From an uncultured Candidatus Saccharibacteria bacterium (GTDB lineage Bacteria; Patescibacteriota; Minisyncoccia; Phycocordibacterales; PALSA-1337): 64,000 nt of DNA. Positions 30,164 through 39,813 of the stretch are shown here, piece by piece. Under the pieces are notes generated by a model. It was not told the origin of the DNA and ran no database searches. It saw only the letters and a program-made list of their open reading frames with translations. The stretch is taken from NCBI GenBank assembly GCA_964416985.1, contig CAYQFS010000001.1:153365-217364 (forward strand). The letters run 5' to 3'. The translations under genes were made by a program, and so were the position numbers. How positions within the stretch are numbered: position 1 is the stretch's first letter; each line of letters begins with the position of its first letter.

Positions 30164-32860
30164 ATGTCCATATTCATCACGAAAGCAGACGGTACGCAAG
30201 AACTTCATAACGCCGATCGAGTCAACAGATCGATAGAACGTGCATGCGCGGGGCTTACCGATCCAATCTCAAAAGTCACTCAGATTGCGACTGAGACAAA
30301 CCTTACACTCTATAACGGCATTACAACTGATGAAATGGACAAGGCTACGATCAATGCAGCTGTTCAAAATATAAAAGAGGATGTGGAGTTCGATAAAGTC
30401 GCAACACGTCTCCTTATAAAGACTGTGTACCGAGCCGTGATCGGAGAATATGATAAGGACAACCCTGAGGATCTAAAGCAGAAGCATCGTGACGGTTTTA
30501 TTTCATATATAGAGAAGGGGATAAAGGACGGAAAGCTTCATCCAAAGATGAAGGAAAGTTTTGACCTGAACGCTCTTGCAGATACTCTTGCTCCTGATCG
30601 CGACGATCTTTTCCAGTACGCAGGACTCGATGGTCTCATAAACCGCTACATGATAAAGGATGCAGAGCAGAATCCTCTCGAGACTCCTCAGTACATGTTT
30701 ATGCGAATTGCTATGGGACTTTCATTTAATGAAAAGAATCCTACTGAGTATGCAAAAAAGTTCTATGGAAAAATGTCGAGACACGAATACATTGCCGGAG
30801 GATCAACAAATCTCGCCGCAGGAACCAACAAACCAGCCCTCTCAAACTGCTACCTTCTCGAAATTCATGACGACATGAACCACATTGCAAAGTCCGTTTC
30901 TGACATTATGCTTCTTTCAAAAGGATCGGGAGGGATCGGTGCATCTATTACAAAACTTCGAGCGACAGGATCTCCTCTCCACTCAAATTTCGGAGGAACA
31001 TCAAGCGGTCCCACACCTTTTGCAAAGATCATTGACGTTGCAATCCGAGCCATTATGCGAGGAGGAAAGAAGAAGGGAGCGCTCTGCTTCTATATGGAAA
31101 ACTGGCACATCGATTTCCAGGAGTTTATCGACTGGAAGAATAATGCCGGAGATGATCATATGAGAATGCGAACAGCAAATACTGCCGTATTTCTCTCAGA
31201 TGAGTTCATGAAAAGAGTTCGTGAGAACAAGGATTGGTATATGTTTGATCCAGCTGAAACAATCGATCTCAATGAGCTCTACGGACAGGCCTTTAGTGAT
31301 CGATATGTATATTACGTAGGAAAAGCGGATAGAGGTGAGCTCAGAGCTTTCAAGAAAATTCCTGCAGCAGAACAGTATCGACAGATCATTGTCGCTCTTC
31401 AGACGACATCACATCCATGGCTTGTGTGGAAAGACACCATCAACCTCCGTGCATTGAACAACAATACTGGAACCATCCACATGTCGAACCTTTGTACGGA
31501 AATTTGTCTTCCTCAGGACAAAAACAATGTAGCTGTATGTAATCTTGCATCGCTAAACCTAGCCGCACATGTGAACAACAAAGAGGTCAATTGGAGCCGA
31601 CTCGAGCAGAGCGTTCGTCTCGCTATACGTCAGCTCGATAACCTTATTGACATCAACATTCTTCCGATTCCAGAAGCTGCAAAGTCAGATCGAGAGAACA
31701 GAGCAATTGGACTCGGGGTCATGGGATTTGCAGATACGATTGAGAAGCTCGGCATGGCATACGACAGCGAGCATGCATGGGATTTTGCCGACAGAATATT
31801 CGAATTTGTAAGCTACATGGCAATAGATGAAAGTGCAAATCTCGCACAAGAGAGAGGAACGTACGCTCACTTCCAGGGATCTGAATGGTCAAAAGGAAAA
31901 GTTCCTGTCGATTCAATTGAAAAGCTCGAGACAGAAAGAAAAATTCCAGTTTCGGTTACACGAGGCAGCCGACATCGAGGTTTGAACTGGGATCTTCTTC
32001 GGGAAAAGGTAAAGAAGGGAATGAGAAATGCTACCCTCATGGCCGTTGCTCCAAATGCAAACATCGGACTCGTAGCAGGAACGACTCCAGGAATCGACGC
32101 CCGATTTGCTCAGGTTTTCTCTCGAAACAAAATTTCAGGAAAATATCTTGACTTGAACCACAATCTCGTCAAAGATTTGAAAAACATGGGAATCTGGGAA
32201 AAAGTTCGAGAGGATATTATTGAATACCAGGGTGATATTTCAGGCATCGATGGAATTCCTCAGTACATCAAGGATATTTACAAGACATCATTTACTACAT
32301 CTCCTCTTGCCTATATCGAGGTTGCAGCTCGTGCACAAAAATGGGTTGACCAGGCACTTTCACGAAATATGTATCTTGAGACTCGTGATATTGATGAAAC
32401 GATGAATATTTATATGACCGCATGGGAAAAAGGACTCAAGTCTACCTACTATCTCCATATGAAGCCTCGACACACCGCAGAGCAGAGTACAGTCAAGGTT
32501 AACAAGGCAGAAAAACTTGGTAAGAAAGGATTCGGCGCAGTTGCAAAGGCAATGGCCCAGACTCCTTCTGCAGAGGCAGCAACTATTTTCTCGACCCCAG
32601 TTATTTCGGTCACTCCAGCGCCAATGCCTGAACCCGTCATGGCTGCCCCAAAGCCTGCACCTCTTCGTGAGATGGCAAGTGCTGTTTCAACCGTTACCAA
32701 AGCACCCGCTCCTGCCCCAGTAGTGCATTCGTCAGCACCTACTGCTGCTACAAAAAAAGGTTTCGCACCTCTCGCTTCTCTCAGTGTTGCCCCAAAAGCC
32801 GCCCCAAAAGTCTGTCCTATCGATCCGGCTGAGCGAGCTCAGTGCGATAGCTGTCAATAA
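30164..32860 (+). CDS. nrdA: ribonucleoside-diphosphate reductase alpha subunit (class I) with ATP-cone and ~110-aa Ala/Pro-rich C-terminal linker ending in a Cys cluster
   Basis: N-terminal ATP-cone. Active-site 'NLCTEI' and 'SNLC'. C-terminal 'CPIDPAERAQCDSCQ'. Adjacent to nrdB. Confidence 0.9.
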   Translation: MSIFITKADGTQELHNADRVNRSIERACAGLTDPISKVTQIATETNLTLYNGITTDEMDKATINAAVQNIKEDVEFDKVATRLLIKTVYRAVIGEYDKDNPEDLKQKHRDGFISYIEKGIKDGKLHPKMKESFDLNALADTLAPDRDDLFQYAGLDGLINRYMIKDAEQNPLETPQYMFMRIAMGLSFNEKNPTEYAKKFYGKMSRHEYIAGGSTNLAAGTNKPALSNCYLLEIHDDMNHIAKSVSDIMLLSKGSGGIGASITKLRATGSPLHSNFGGTSSGPTPFAKIIDVAIRAIMRGGKKKGALCFYMENWHIDFQEFIDWKNNAGDDHMRMRTANTAVFLSDEFMKRVRENKDWYMFDPAETIDLNELYGQAFSDRYVYYVGKADRGELRAFKKIPAAEQYRQIIVALQTTSHPWLVWKDTINLRALNNNTGTIHMSNLCTEICLPQDKNNVAVCNLASLNLAAHVNNKEVNWSRLEQSVRLAIRQLDNLIDINILPIPEAAKSDRENRAIGLGVMGFADTIEKLGMAYDSEHAWDFADRIFEFVSYMAIDESANLAQERGTYAHFQGSEWSKGKVPVDSIEKLETERKIPVSVTRGSRHRGLNWDLLREKVKKGMRNATLMAVAPNANIGLVAGTTPGIDARFAQVFSRNKISGKYLDLNHNLVKDLKNMGIWEKVREDIIEYQGDISGIDGIPQYIKDIYKTSFTTSPLAYIEVAARAQKWVDQALSRNMYLETRDIDETMNIYMTAWEKGLKSTYYLHMKPRHTAEQSTVKVNKAEKLGKKGFGAVAKAMAQTPSAEAATIFSTPVISVTPAPMPEPVMAAPKPAPLREMASAVSTVTKAPAPAPVVHSSAPTAATKKGFAPLASLSVAPKAAPKVCPIDPAERAQCDSCQ

Positions 32861-32940
32861 TGTGATTGAGCTGTCAATTGATCTTTCGAAGACAAAGAGT
32901 AGAATGAATTTAATAGAATTATAATTAACATAACAACATT

Positions 32941-33960
32941 ATGCTTATAGGAAAACCATCACCCGAAGATACCAGTTTGCACCCAATCAAATATCAGTGG
33001 GCGTACGACCTCTACAACCAGGCTGTTCGAAATACGTGGTTTCCTCACGAGATTGCTTTGAAAGAGGATCTCGATGACTGGAAAAAAATGACCGATGATG
33101 AGAGACATGCGGTGGAGTTCCTTATGGCATTCTTCAATCCTGCCGAGCTCATCGTGAACCGCTCCATTGCCCTCGGAATCTATCCTTACCTCAAGAGCCC
33201 TGAATGCCATCTTTATCTCGCAAAACAAATGTGGGAAGAGGCAAATCATTGCATCGCTTTTGAATACGTTCTCGAAACGTTTCCTTTTGACCGGGAGAAA
33301 GTCTACGAACATCATCTCGATGTTCCATCGATGAAGGCAAAGGAAAATTATATCAACAAGTACATGAAGAGAATGACTGAAACTTCTCTCGATATTACTA
33401 CTACAGAAGGGAAGAAGGATTTCATTAGAAATCTTGTCGCTACAAATATCGTGATGGAAGGAATCTGGTTTTATTCCGGCTTCATGGTGGTTCTCTCATT
33501 CCGTCAGAGAAAGCAGCTTCGAAATTTTGGGTCGATGATCAACTGGGTTCTTCGCGACGAAAGTCTTCATCTCAAGTTCGGAATCAACCTCATTCACAAT
33601 GTTCTCGAGGAAAATCAGGATCTCTTGACTGAAGATTTCGCAAACGATATTCGAAACATCATCATTGAAGGTGTTGACCGAGAAGTTGATTACAACAAGG
33701 ATCTTTTCCCAAATGGAATTCTCGGACTCAATGCTGACTATGTAAATCAGTATGTGCAGTACGTTGCTGACCGACGACTTGAAGAGCTCGGATTCCCAAC
33801 TCACTACAATGTCACAAATCCTGCAAAATGGATGTCGACAGCGACAGATGTGTATGAACTCGTTAACTTTTTTGAATCACAGAACACAAGCTACGAAGTA
33901 GATGTGAGAGCGCACGCGAAGGGGAAAGAGGGAGCATCGGCGGAAAAAAGTGGTGAGTAG
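32941..33960 (+). CDS. nrdB: ribonucleotide reductase beta subunit (ferritin-like di-metal); Phe at the canonical radical-Tyr position
   Basis: Metal ligands 'EEANH', 'EGIWFYSGF', 'RDESLH'. Sequence is H-C-I-A-F, so Phe sits at H+4 where class Ia has Tyr. Confidence 0.85.
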   Translation: MLIGKPSPEDTSLHPIKYQWAYDLYNQAVRNTWFPHEIALKEDLDDWKKMTDDERHAVEFLMAFFNPAELIVNRSIALGIYPYLKSPECHLYLAKQMWEEANHCIAFEYVLETFPFDREKVYEHHLDVPSMKAKENYINKYMKRMTETSLDITTTEGKKDFIRNLVATNIVMEGIWFYSGFMVVLSFRQRKQLRNFGSMINWVLRDESLHLKFGINLIHNVLEENQDLLTEDFANDIRNIIIEGVDREVDYNKDLFPNGILGLNADYVNQYVQYVADRRLEELGFPTHYNVTNPAKWMSTATDVYELVNFFESQNTSYEVDVRAHAKGKEGASAEKSGE

Positions 33961-33973
33961 GTGTGTAATCTGA

Positions 33974-34032
33974 CCACTTTAGCTAACTAAAGTGCCATAA
34001 AAAGACAAACCGCTCCTGAAGGGGCGGTTTGA
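33974..34032 (+). terminator. two hairpins downstream of nrdB
   Basis: CACTTTAG-ctaa-CTAAAGTG and AAACCGC..GCGGTTT stems. Confidence 0.4.
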
Positions 34033-34051
34033 GTTGATTGTGCCGATTTCT

Positions 34052-34357
34052 TTATCTGATTCCTTTGCCAGGGTCAGACAAGAAACTGTATTGGCTCGTA
34101 GCTTCGCAGGCTTCCAGTTTGAGTCTTTCGCTGTTGATCCCTAGAGTGCAGGCAGCCTGGCACAGATCCTGGAAGTGTTGATCGGAGTCACCATCGTCCC
34201 TAAATCCAGACCCCAATCCTGTAATGCAAATACATTTTACTCCGTTACCCATGCCCAATTTTTGGAAATGAGTTTCTACCTGATCACTTTTGATGCTATC
34301 GGGGATCAGCTTGAATTTTGTGGTTTTATCGGCTAGTTCAATAAGAGCAAGTTTCAT
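34052..34357 (-). CDS. hypothetical protein (GC-shifted, good RBS GGAGA)
   Basis: 101-aa ORF with RBS 'aaccGGAGAttacc' upstream. Not overlapping rnpB. Confidence 0.45.
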   Translation of the reverse strand: MKLALIELADKTTKFKLIPDSIKSDQVETHFQKLGMGNGVKCICITGLGSGFRDDGDSDQHFQDLCQAACTLGINSERLKLEACEATSQYSFLSDPGKGIR

Positions 34358-34442
34358 TCGGTAATCTCCGGTTAATTGTTTAATTTAAAATATCACCCAT
34401 AGCTACCCTTGTCAATGTCTATTAAATATAGTATGATTTCCT

Positions 34443-34732
34443 CACGTGACAGACAACCGCTGCTTGCCGCAAGGTGGGTAGAGGAAAGTCCGAACACCGG
34501 CCGCCGCAAGGCGTGCAGAAAGGTAGCGGGTAACGCCCGTCCATCGCGAGATGCGAGGTGCGAACAGTGACGAATCCCTTAAGTGGGAGTGAAACGGCAA
34601 AATCCTTACCCCGGTGCAAGGCCGTGCTCGCGTAAGCGAGAGTGCCGCTTGAGGCCCACCGCAAGGCGGGTCCCAGATAAATGGTTGTCGTCCGTCTTTT
34701 GGCGGATACAGAATTCGGCTTATCGTTACGTA
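34443..34732 (+). ncRNA. rnpB: RNase P RNA (bacterial type, reduced ~290 nt)
   Basis: P4 strands 'GAGGAAAGTCCGAAC' and 'ACAGAATTCGGCTTATCG'. 'GTGAAACGGC' J11/12-like segment. P1 pairing CGTGAC/GTTACG. GC-rich. Confidence 0.85.
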
Positions 34733-34740
34733 CATCAAAA

Positions 34741-34765
34741 AGCTTCCCTTAACGGGAGGCTTTTT
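34741..34765 (+). terminator. rho-independent terminator of rnpB
   Basis: AGCTTCCC-ttaac-GGGAGGCT followed by TTTTT. Confidence 0.7.
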
Positions 34766-34811
34766 GCTATAATTACTCTCACTAGCAATAACAAAAATAA
34801 TACAAAATACT

Positions 34812-37292
34812 ATGGATCTTCCAACAACACGTAACGATGCTCATGCTTCAGGAGTTTTCGAATCAAGAGCAGCCGAACATGTAAAAAATTCCTCAGGGCA
34901 GGGGATGTTTGAGCGGGTTTCTTTCTATCTTTTCCTCGCAACACTTTTTCTTGCACCTCTCGCATTCCTTCCTTCAGTACCTCTTGATGTTGTAAAGACT
35001 GTTATTGTGAGTGTCGGAGTTCTCGCAACGATTATTTTCTACATAGTTGGAATGATTCGAAACAAAAGTCTGAGCATTCCAAAGGGGGATCTTGCTTACG
35101 CATCTTTGGCTGTCGTTGCATCTCTTTTTGTTTCAGCATGTGTAAGTACAAATCCAGCAAAATCGTTCTTCGGTCAGGGATTTGAAATAGGTACGGCAAG
35201 TTTTCTCATCCTCATGTTTGTTGTCGCATTTTTCGTCGGAAAAATTGCTGAAAAAAATAAAGAAAGGACATTTAACATCTATGCTGCAATACTTATTTCC
35301 TTTATTATCGTCGCCCTCTTTCAGATTATGCGTATTTTGGGGGGTGAGGGCTTTATGACTCTTGGATTTTTGAACTCACTTGCTTCAACGATCGTAGGTA
35401 AATGGTATGATTTTGGAATATTTGCTGGCCTTGTGGGAATTCTCTCTCTCGTCGGTATAAAATTCCTTTCTCCAGGAAAAGGAATGAAAATACTTCTCAC
35501 AGTAGTCCTTCTCGTTTGCGGACTCTCTCTCTTTGTCGTTAATTTTAATTTGGCATGGTGGGCACTTGCAGTGACCTCTCTTGCCCTCGGAGTCTACGAA
35601 TACACTTCACGACCAGCACAGGGAAGCGGTCTCAAGAAAATTTTTTCACGAATTTCTCTCCTCACTCTCATAGTTCTCGTCATCTCAGTCTCTCTTGCTT
35701 GGAAGGGAAAGACTCTTGCTTCTCCGACAGCCGAAAAGTTGAGACTCAATTATGGAGAACTCATCCTTCCGTGGCAAATGACTATCGACGTAACGGCAGA
35801 CACGATCAAGGAATCGCCTTTCTTTGGAGCAGGCCCAAACCGCTTTGGAGTTGAATTTCTCAAATATAAGCCCTTCCAGGCGATCAATCCAAGCGCTTAC
35901 TGGGCAGCAGAGTTTACAAGTGGCTTTGGAATGCTTCCAACAGTTGGAGCAACTCAGGGAATTATCGGACTTGTGGCATGGGTCATCTTCTTCATCTTCT
36001 TCATTCGCCTTGGAATCAGCGGGCTTCGAAAGCAAGGCGATCATGTCAAGAGATTCATGATAACTTCTTCGTTCTTCGGAGCACTTTTCCTCTGGATTAT
36101 CCATTTCATGTACGTTTCTTCTCATGTAATGCTTTTCCTCGCATTTGTTATGACAGGACTTTTTATTGCTACTCTTGCACGAGAAGGCCTTGTTACTTTC
36201 AAGGAAATTGGACTCAGGGAGGGAAGTGGAAAGTTAAAGAAATATTCTCCAATTCTCTCCGCACTTCTTCTCGTAATTGCTATCGCATGGCTTGGTTCGT
36301 ATGTAAAGAAGGCAGTTGCTATTGCCTACTTCCAGAGTGGAGTTCGCCAGCTCAATTCAGCCCAGATGCCTGATGCCGCTCTTGCAAAATTCAAAAAAGC
36401 TCTCTTCTGGAATACGTCAGATGTTTATTACCAAGCAATGTCTGAAACAGATATTGTACGGATTGGAACATTAGCTCAGCAGATTCAGACAACAGCAGCA
36501 CAGACAGGAACACAGCCTGACGCAAAGGCAGTAGAACAAGTAACAAACCTCGTCACCGAGGCTTTGGATTATACAAAGAAGGCTGTTTCTATAGATCCGA
36601 CAAATTATTACAACTACTCAGCACAGGCTCATATTTTGGAAGTAGCATCTTCTCTCAAAATTCCAAATGCATATGAAAATGCAAAAGCAGCCTATGCCGC
36701 AGCTCTCGCTCTCAATCCATGGAACCCAGCTCTCTACCTCAAGCTCGCACGTCTCGAAGTCTCACAGAATCATCTTGCTGATGCTCAGCAGTATATTGGA
36801 CGAGCACTCCAGCTCAAGCAGAATTACACAGAAGCTATCTTCCTCCTTTCTCAGATACAGGTTGCCAATGGTCAGATAAAAGACGCTATCACATCGGTTC
36901 AAGTGGCGACACAGATCAATCCTTCAGAACCACTTCTATTCTTCCAGCTTGGATTCCTCTATTACAATGACAAAAATTATTCCGAGGCTGCTGCAGCTCT
37001 TTCAAAGGCAGTCGAGCTTGATCCTCAGTACGCAAACGCTCGATACTTCCTCGGTCTCTCATATTCGCGACTTGGAAAGAATCTTGATGCTATAACTCAG
37101 TTTGAAGAGCTCGCAAAAACCAATCCAAATAGCCAAGAGGTTGCTTTCATCCTCGGAAATCTCAAGGCAGGGAAGTCGCCGTTTACTGATGCGGCTGCTC
37201 CTATCGACAGCAAGCCTGAAAAGAGATCGACTCTTCCAATTGATGAGACAAAGACCAAGGACAAGCCTGCAACAAAAGCAAAAGCAAAATAA
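34812..37292 (+). CDS. O-antigen ligase (Wzy_C)-like polytopic membrane protein with C-terminal TPR repeats
   Basis: ~10 TM helices, 'SPFFGAGPNRFGVEF' ligase loop, ~6 TPR repeats, Lys/Ala tail. Confidence 0.7.
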   Translation: MDLPTTRNDAHASGVFESRAAEHVKNSSGQGMFERVSFYLFLATLFLAPLAFLPSVPLDVVKTVIVSVGVLATIIFYIVGMIRNKSLSIPKGDLAYASLAVVASLFVSACVSTNPAKSFFGQGFEIGTASFLILMFVVAFFVGKIAEKNKERTFNIYAAILISFIIVALFQIMRILGGEGFMTLGFLNSLASTIVGKWYDFGIFAGLVGILSLVGIKFLSPGKGMKILLTVVLLVCGLSLFVVNFNLAWWALAVTSLALGVYEYTSRPAQGSGLKKIFSRISLLTLIVLVISVSLAWKGKTLASPTAEKLRLNYGELILPWQMTIDVTADTIKESPFFGAGPNRFGVEFLKYKPFQAINPSAYWAAEFTSGFGMLPTVGATQGIIGLVAWVIFFIFFIRLGISGLRKQGDHVKRFMITSSFFGALFLWIIHFMYVSSHVMLFLAFVMTGLFIATLAREGLVTFKEIGLREGSGKLKKYSPILSALLLVIAIAWLGSYVKKAVAIAYFQSGVRQLNSAQMPDAALAKFKKALFWNTSDVYYQAMSETDIVRIGTLAQQIQTTAAQTGTQPDAKAVEQVTNLVTEALDYTKKAVSIDPTNYYNYSAQAHILEVASSLKIPNAYENAKAAYAAALALNPWNPALYLKLARLEVSQNHLADAQQYIGRALQLKQNYTEAIFLLSQIQVANGQIKDAITSVQVATQINPSEPLLFFQLGFLYYNDKNYSEAAAALSKAVELDPQYANARYFLGLSYSRLGKNLDAITQFEELAKTNPNSQEVAFILGNLKAGKSPFTDAAAPIDSKPEKRSTLPIDETKTKDKPATKAKAK

Positions 37293-37309
37293 TCGGCCGA
37301 TATTATTAC

Positions 37310-38989
37310 ATGGTAAAAAGGTTCTTCAGCCTCTTCGGGAAGGAAATTACAGGGATTCATGAGGCGGCGTATCTTCTGGCCTTTTTTGCCTTTGCTTCGC
37401 AACTTCTTGCTCTTGTCCGCGACAAGCTCCTTGCATTTAGTTTTGGTGCGGGACCTCTTCTCGATATCTACTACGCGGCCTTTCGAATCCCAGATCTCAT
37501 CTTTGTCTCGATAGCATCAGTAGTTTCGGCTTCGGTTCTTATTCCTTTTTTCATCGACCGGACTCAAAATGATGCAGATAAAGGAAGGGAATTCATCGAT
37601 AATGTTTTCTCGGCATTCTTTATTGCAGTTGTTTTAACGAGTATTGTTGTTGGAATCTTTGCTCCGCAACTTGTGGCCTTTCTTCTCCCCGGGTTTGCTC
37701 ATGGCACATCTCTCCCGCTCATCATTACTGCAACAAGAATTCTTCTTCTTTCTCCTGTTCTCCTCGGTATTTCCAATTTCTTTTCTAGCATTACCCAGAT
37801 GCACAGAAGATTTTTAGTCTACGCCTTGAGCCCTCTCGTTTACAACGTTGGTATTATCATCGGCATTGTTTGTCTCTACCCAGTTTTTGGAATGGTTGGT
37901 CTCATCTGGGGAGTTGTCATTGGAGCTTTTCTTCATATGGCAATTCAGATCCCGTTCATCATAAACACTGGCTTCTTTCCTCGCTTTCGTTTTGCTATCG
38001 ATTTTTCTGCCATCAAAAAAGTTGTTTTCATTTCTCTCCCACGGACCCTTACTCTCTCGTCAAACCAGCTCGCTTCTTTTTTCCTCGTTGCTCTTGCGTC
38101 TCTCATGAGTGGGGGATCGATCTCTATTTTTAACCTCGCATTCAACCTTCAGTCGGTACCTCTCTCAATTGTTGGTGTGAGCTATTCCTCAGCAATTTTT
38201 CCTACACTCTCAAAATTCTTTGTAAATGGGGAACGGGCCGGTTTTCTCCAGAAAATGATCGAATCAGCACGGCATATTATTTTCTGGTCGATCCCAATTA
38301 CTGTCCTTTTTGTCGTCCTTCGCGCACAGATTGTTCGTACAATTTATGGGGCAGGGCAATTTGACTGGGCTGATACTCGTCTTACAGCTGCAACTCTTGC
38401 CATCTTTATTCTTTCTGTTGTTGGTCAGAGCCTCATTCTTCTTTTTGTTCGTGCATATTATGCCGAAGGAAAGACCTCAAAACCTCTCATTGTGAATATT
38501 GTCTCAGCTGTCGTCATTGCCACTCTTGGTTACATCCTTACAAAAGCTTTCTATGCTTTTCCGATATTTGCTTACTTCATTGAAGAAATTTTCAAAGTTT
38601 CAGGTCAAGGGGGCACGAGCGTCCTCGTCCTTGCTCTCGCATATTCTCTCGGTGTCTTTTTGAACACCTATCTCCACTGGTATATGTTTGAGAGGGATTA
38701 TCCTGGTTTCACTCGCCCAGTCCTCATCACCCTTTTCCAGAGTTTTGCTTCCTCCGTCATCATGGGCTATGTGACGTTCGTCTCTCTTCGTTTCTTTGAT
38801 CTTTTCTTTTCTCTTGAAAAAGCTTGGGGTGTTTTTTTCCAGGGATTCTGTGCTGGAATCGTAGGAATTATTTCGGGAATTATCGTTCTCGTTCTGCTTA
38901 AAAATAATGAAATAAAGGAGGTGTGGAATACGCTCCACCATAAGTTCTGGAAGTCAAAGGTAGTGGTGCCAGATCAGGAGACGTTGTGA
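37310..38989 (+). CDS. murJ: lipid II flippase MurJ
   Basis: 'LALVRDKLLAFSFGAGPLLDIYYAAFRIPD' MurJ/MviN N-terminus. 14 TM helices. Confidence 0.9.
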   Translation: MVKRFFSLFGKEITGIHEAAYLLAFFAFASQLLALVRDKLLAFSFGAGPLLDIYYAAFRIPDLIFVSIASVVSASVLIPFFIDRTQNDADKGREFIDNVFSAFFIAVVLTSIVVGIFAPQLVAFLLPGFAHGTSLPLIITATRILLLSPVLLGISNFFSSITQMHRRFLVYALSPLVYNVGIIIGIVCLYPVFGMVGLIWGVVIGAFLHMAIQIPFIINTGFFPRFRFAIDFSAIKKVVFISLPRTLTLSSNQLASFFLVALASLMSGGSISIFNLAFNLQSVPLSIVGVSYSSAIFPTLSKFFVNGERAGFLQKMIESARHIIFWSIPITVLFVVLRAQIVRTIYGAGQFDWADTRLTAATLAIFILSVVGQSLILLFVRAYYAEGKTSKPLIVNIVSAVVIATLGYILTKAFYAFPIFAYFIEEIFKVSGQGGTSVLVLALAYSLGVFLNTYLHWYMFERDYPGFTRPVLITLFQSFASSVIMGYVTFVSLRFFDLFFSLEKAWGVFFQGFCAGIVGIISGIIVLVLLKNNEIKEVWNTLHHKFWKSKVVVPDQETL

Positions 38990-38993
38990 TTTA

Positions 38994-39031
38994 GAGGGAA
39001 GATGGTGATGCGATAGAATATTAAATTTAGG
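38994..39031. repeat. short intergenic repeat, copy M1 (core GAAGATGGTG...TTTAGG)
   Basis: 'gagggaagatggtgatgcgatagaatattaaatttagg', starting 5 nt after the murJ stop. Confidence 0.6.
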
Positions 39032-39040
39032 AAAAAAGTG

Positions 39041-39076
39041 CCTCCCGTTTTTTTTCGAGAGGCACACGTAAACTCA
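39041..39076 (-). terminator. rho-independent terminator for the minus-strand small ORF
   Basis: GTGCCTCTCG-a8-CGGGAGGCAC followed by a T-run on the minus strand. Confidence 0.7.
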
Positions 39077-39082
39077 ACACTC

Positions 39083-39271
39083 TTAGGATTTCGTAACCAG
39101 AATTCTCAGAAAAGCCCTCGTGGTCTTTGCCTGCTTCGGCGTTAGCTGTATTTTACTCTTAGGATCGAAGTGACGCCTAGCATTTCGGACCACAGCGGCT
39201 CCGACAAAATCATGATCACGAAAAAGTTTTCTTCTGTATTTTTGGCAAACATCGTGAATTGTAACTTTCAT
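39083..39271 (-). CDS. small basic hypothetical protein (62 aa)
   Basis: Own TTGACA/TATTGT promoter, AGGAGA RBS and strong terminator. Confidence 0.5.
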   Translation of the reverse strand: MKVTIHDVCQKYRRKLFRDHDFVGAAVVRNARRHFDPKSKIQLTPKQAKTTRAFLRILVTKS

Positions 39272-39332
39272 ATTGTTCTCCTATAGGATCAGTTTAAGTC
39301 ACAATAACACGGTTAAAATGTGTTTGTCAATT

Positions 39333-39368
39333 TGAGAAGATGGTAGTGTCATAGAGTTTAAGATTTAG
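39333..39368. repeat. short intergenic repeat, copy M2
   Basis: 'gagaagatggtagtgtcatagagtttaagatttagg', between divergent promoters. Confidence 0.6.
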
Positions 39369-39423
39369 GTTAGCCTTGACAATTGACTATTATGTGATAC
39401 AATATAGTAAGAAAGGCTAAATT

Positions 39424-39672
39424 ATGAAAATGAACATTAAACTTCCGGGAAAAATTAAGGTGGCTAGCCATATTATTGATCGGCCACCTCAACCGCTCAT
39501 TGTCTCGAGCAACAATGGTAACCAATCCATTGTAATCCAGACTTTTTGCTGGAAACAGAGCAATGCAGAATGGTTGATGATCATCACTGGAGTTATGACG
39601 GACACACAGAAGCCGTTTTCCGGTGAAATCAAGAATTCTGACGGAACCGGAACGATCGAAGTAACCGAATAA
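39424..39672 (+). CDS. hypothetical protein (82 aa)
   Basis: TTGACA-17-TACAAT promoter, RBS AAGG, and a terminator hairpin CCCACC..GGTGGGTTTT directly downstream. Confidence 0.5.
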   Translation: MKMNIKLPGKIKVASHIIDRPPQPLIVSSNNGNQSIVIQTFCWKQSNAEWLMIITGVMTDTQKPFSGEIKNSDGTGTIEVTE

Positions 39673-39724
39673 CCCACCATCTCAAACACGGAAGATCCAT
39701 GTGCGAGAGGTGGGTTTTCTGTTA

Positions 39725-39761
39725 ATGGAAGATGGTGGTGTCGTGGAGTTTAAGGGCAGAG
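39725..39761. repeat. short intergenic repeat, copy M3
   Basis: 'atggaagatggtggtgtcgtggagtttaagggcagag', immediately followed by TTGACA. Confidence 0.6.
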
Positions 39762-39813
39762 TTGACAAATTAAGATAAAGCAATTATAGTTTGAAAAAAA
39801 GAAAGGTCTTTGC

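Noticed and set aside
34422-34834. Three overlapping ORFs (34422-34664 minus, 34442-34738 minus, 34583-34834 plus)
   Set aside because: They lie entirely over the GC-rich RNase P RNA and its terminator. They have no protein-like features and arise from ncRNA composition.
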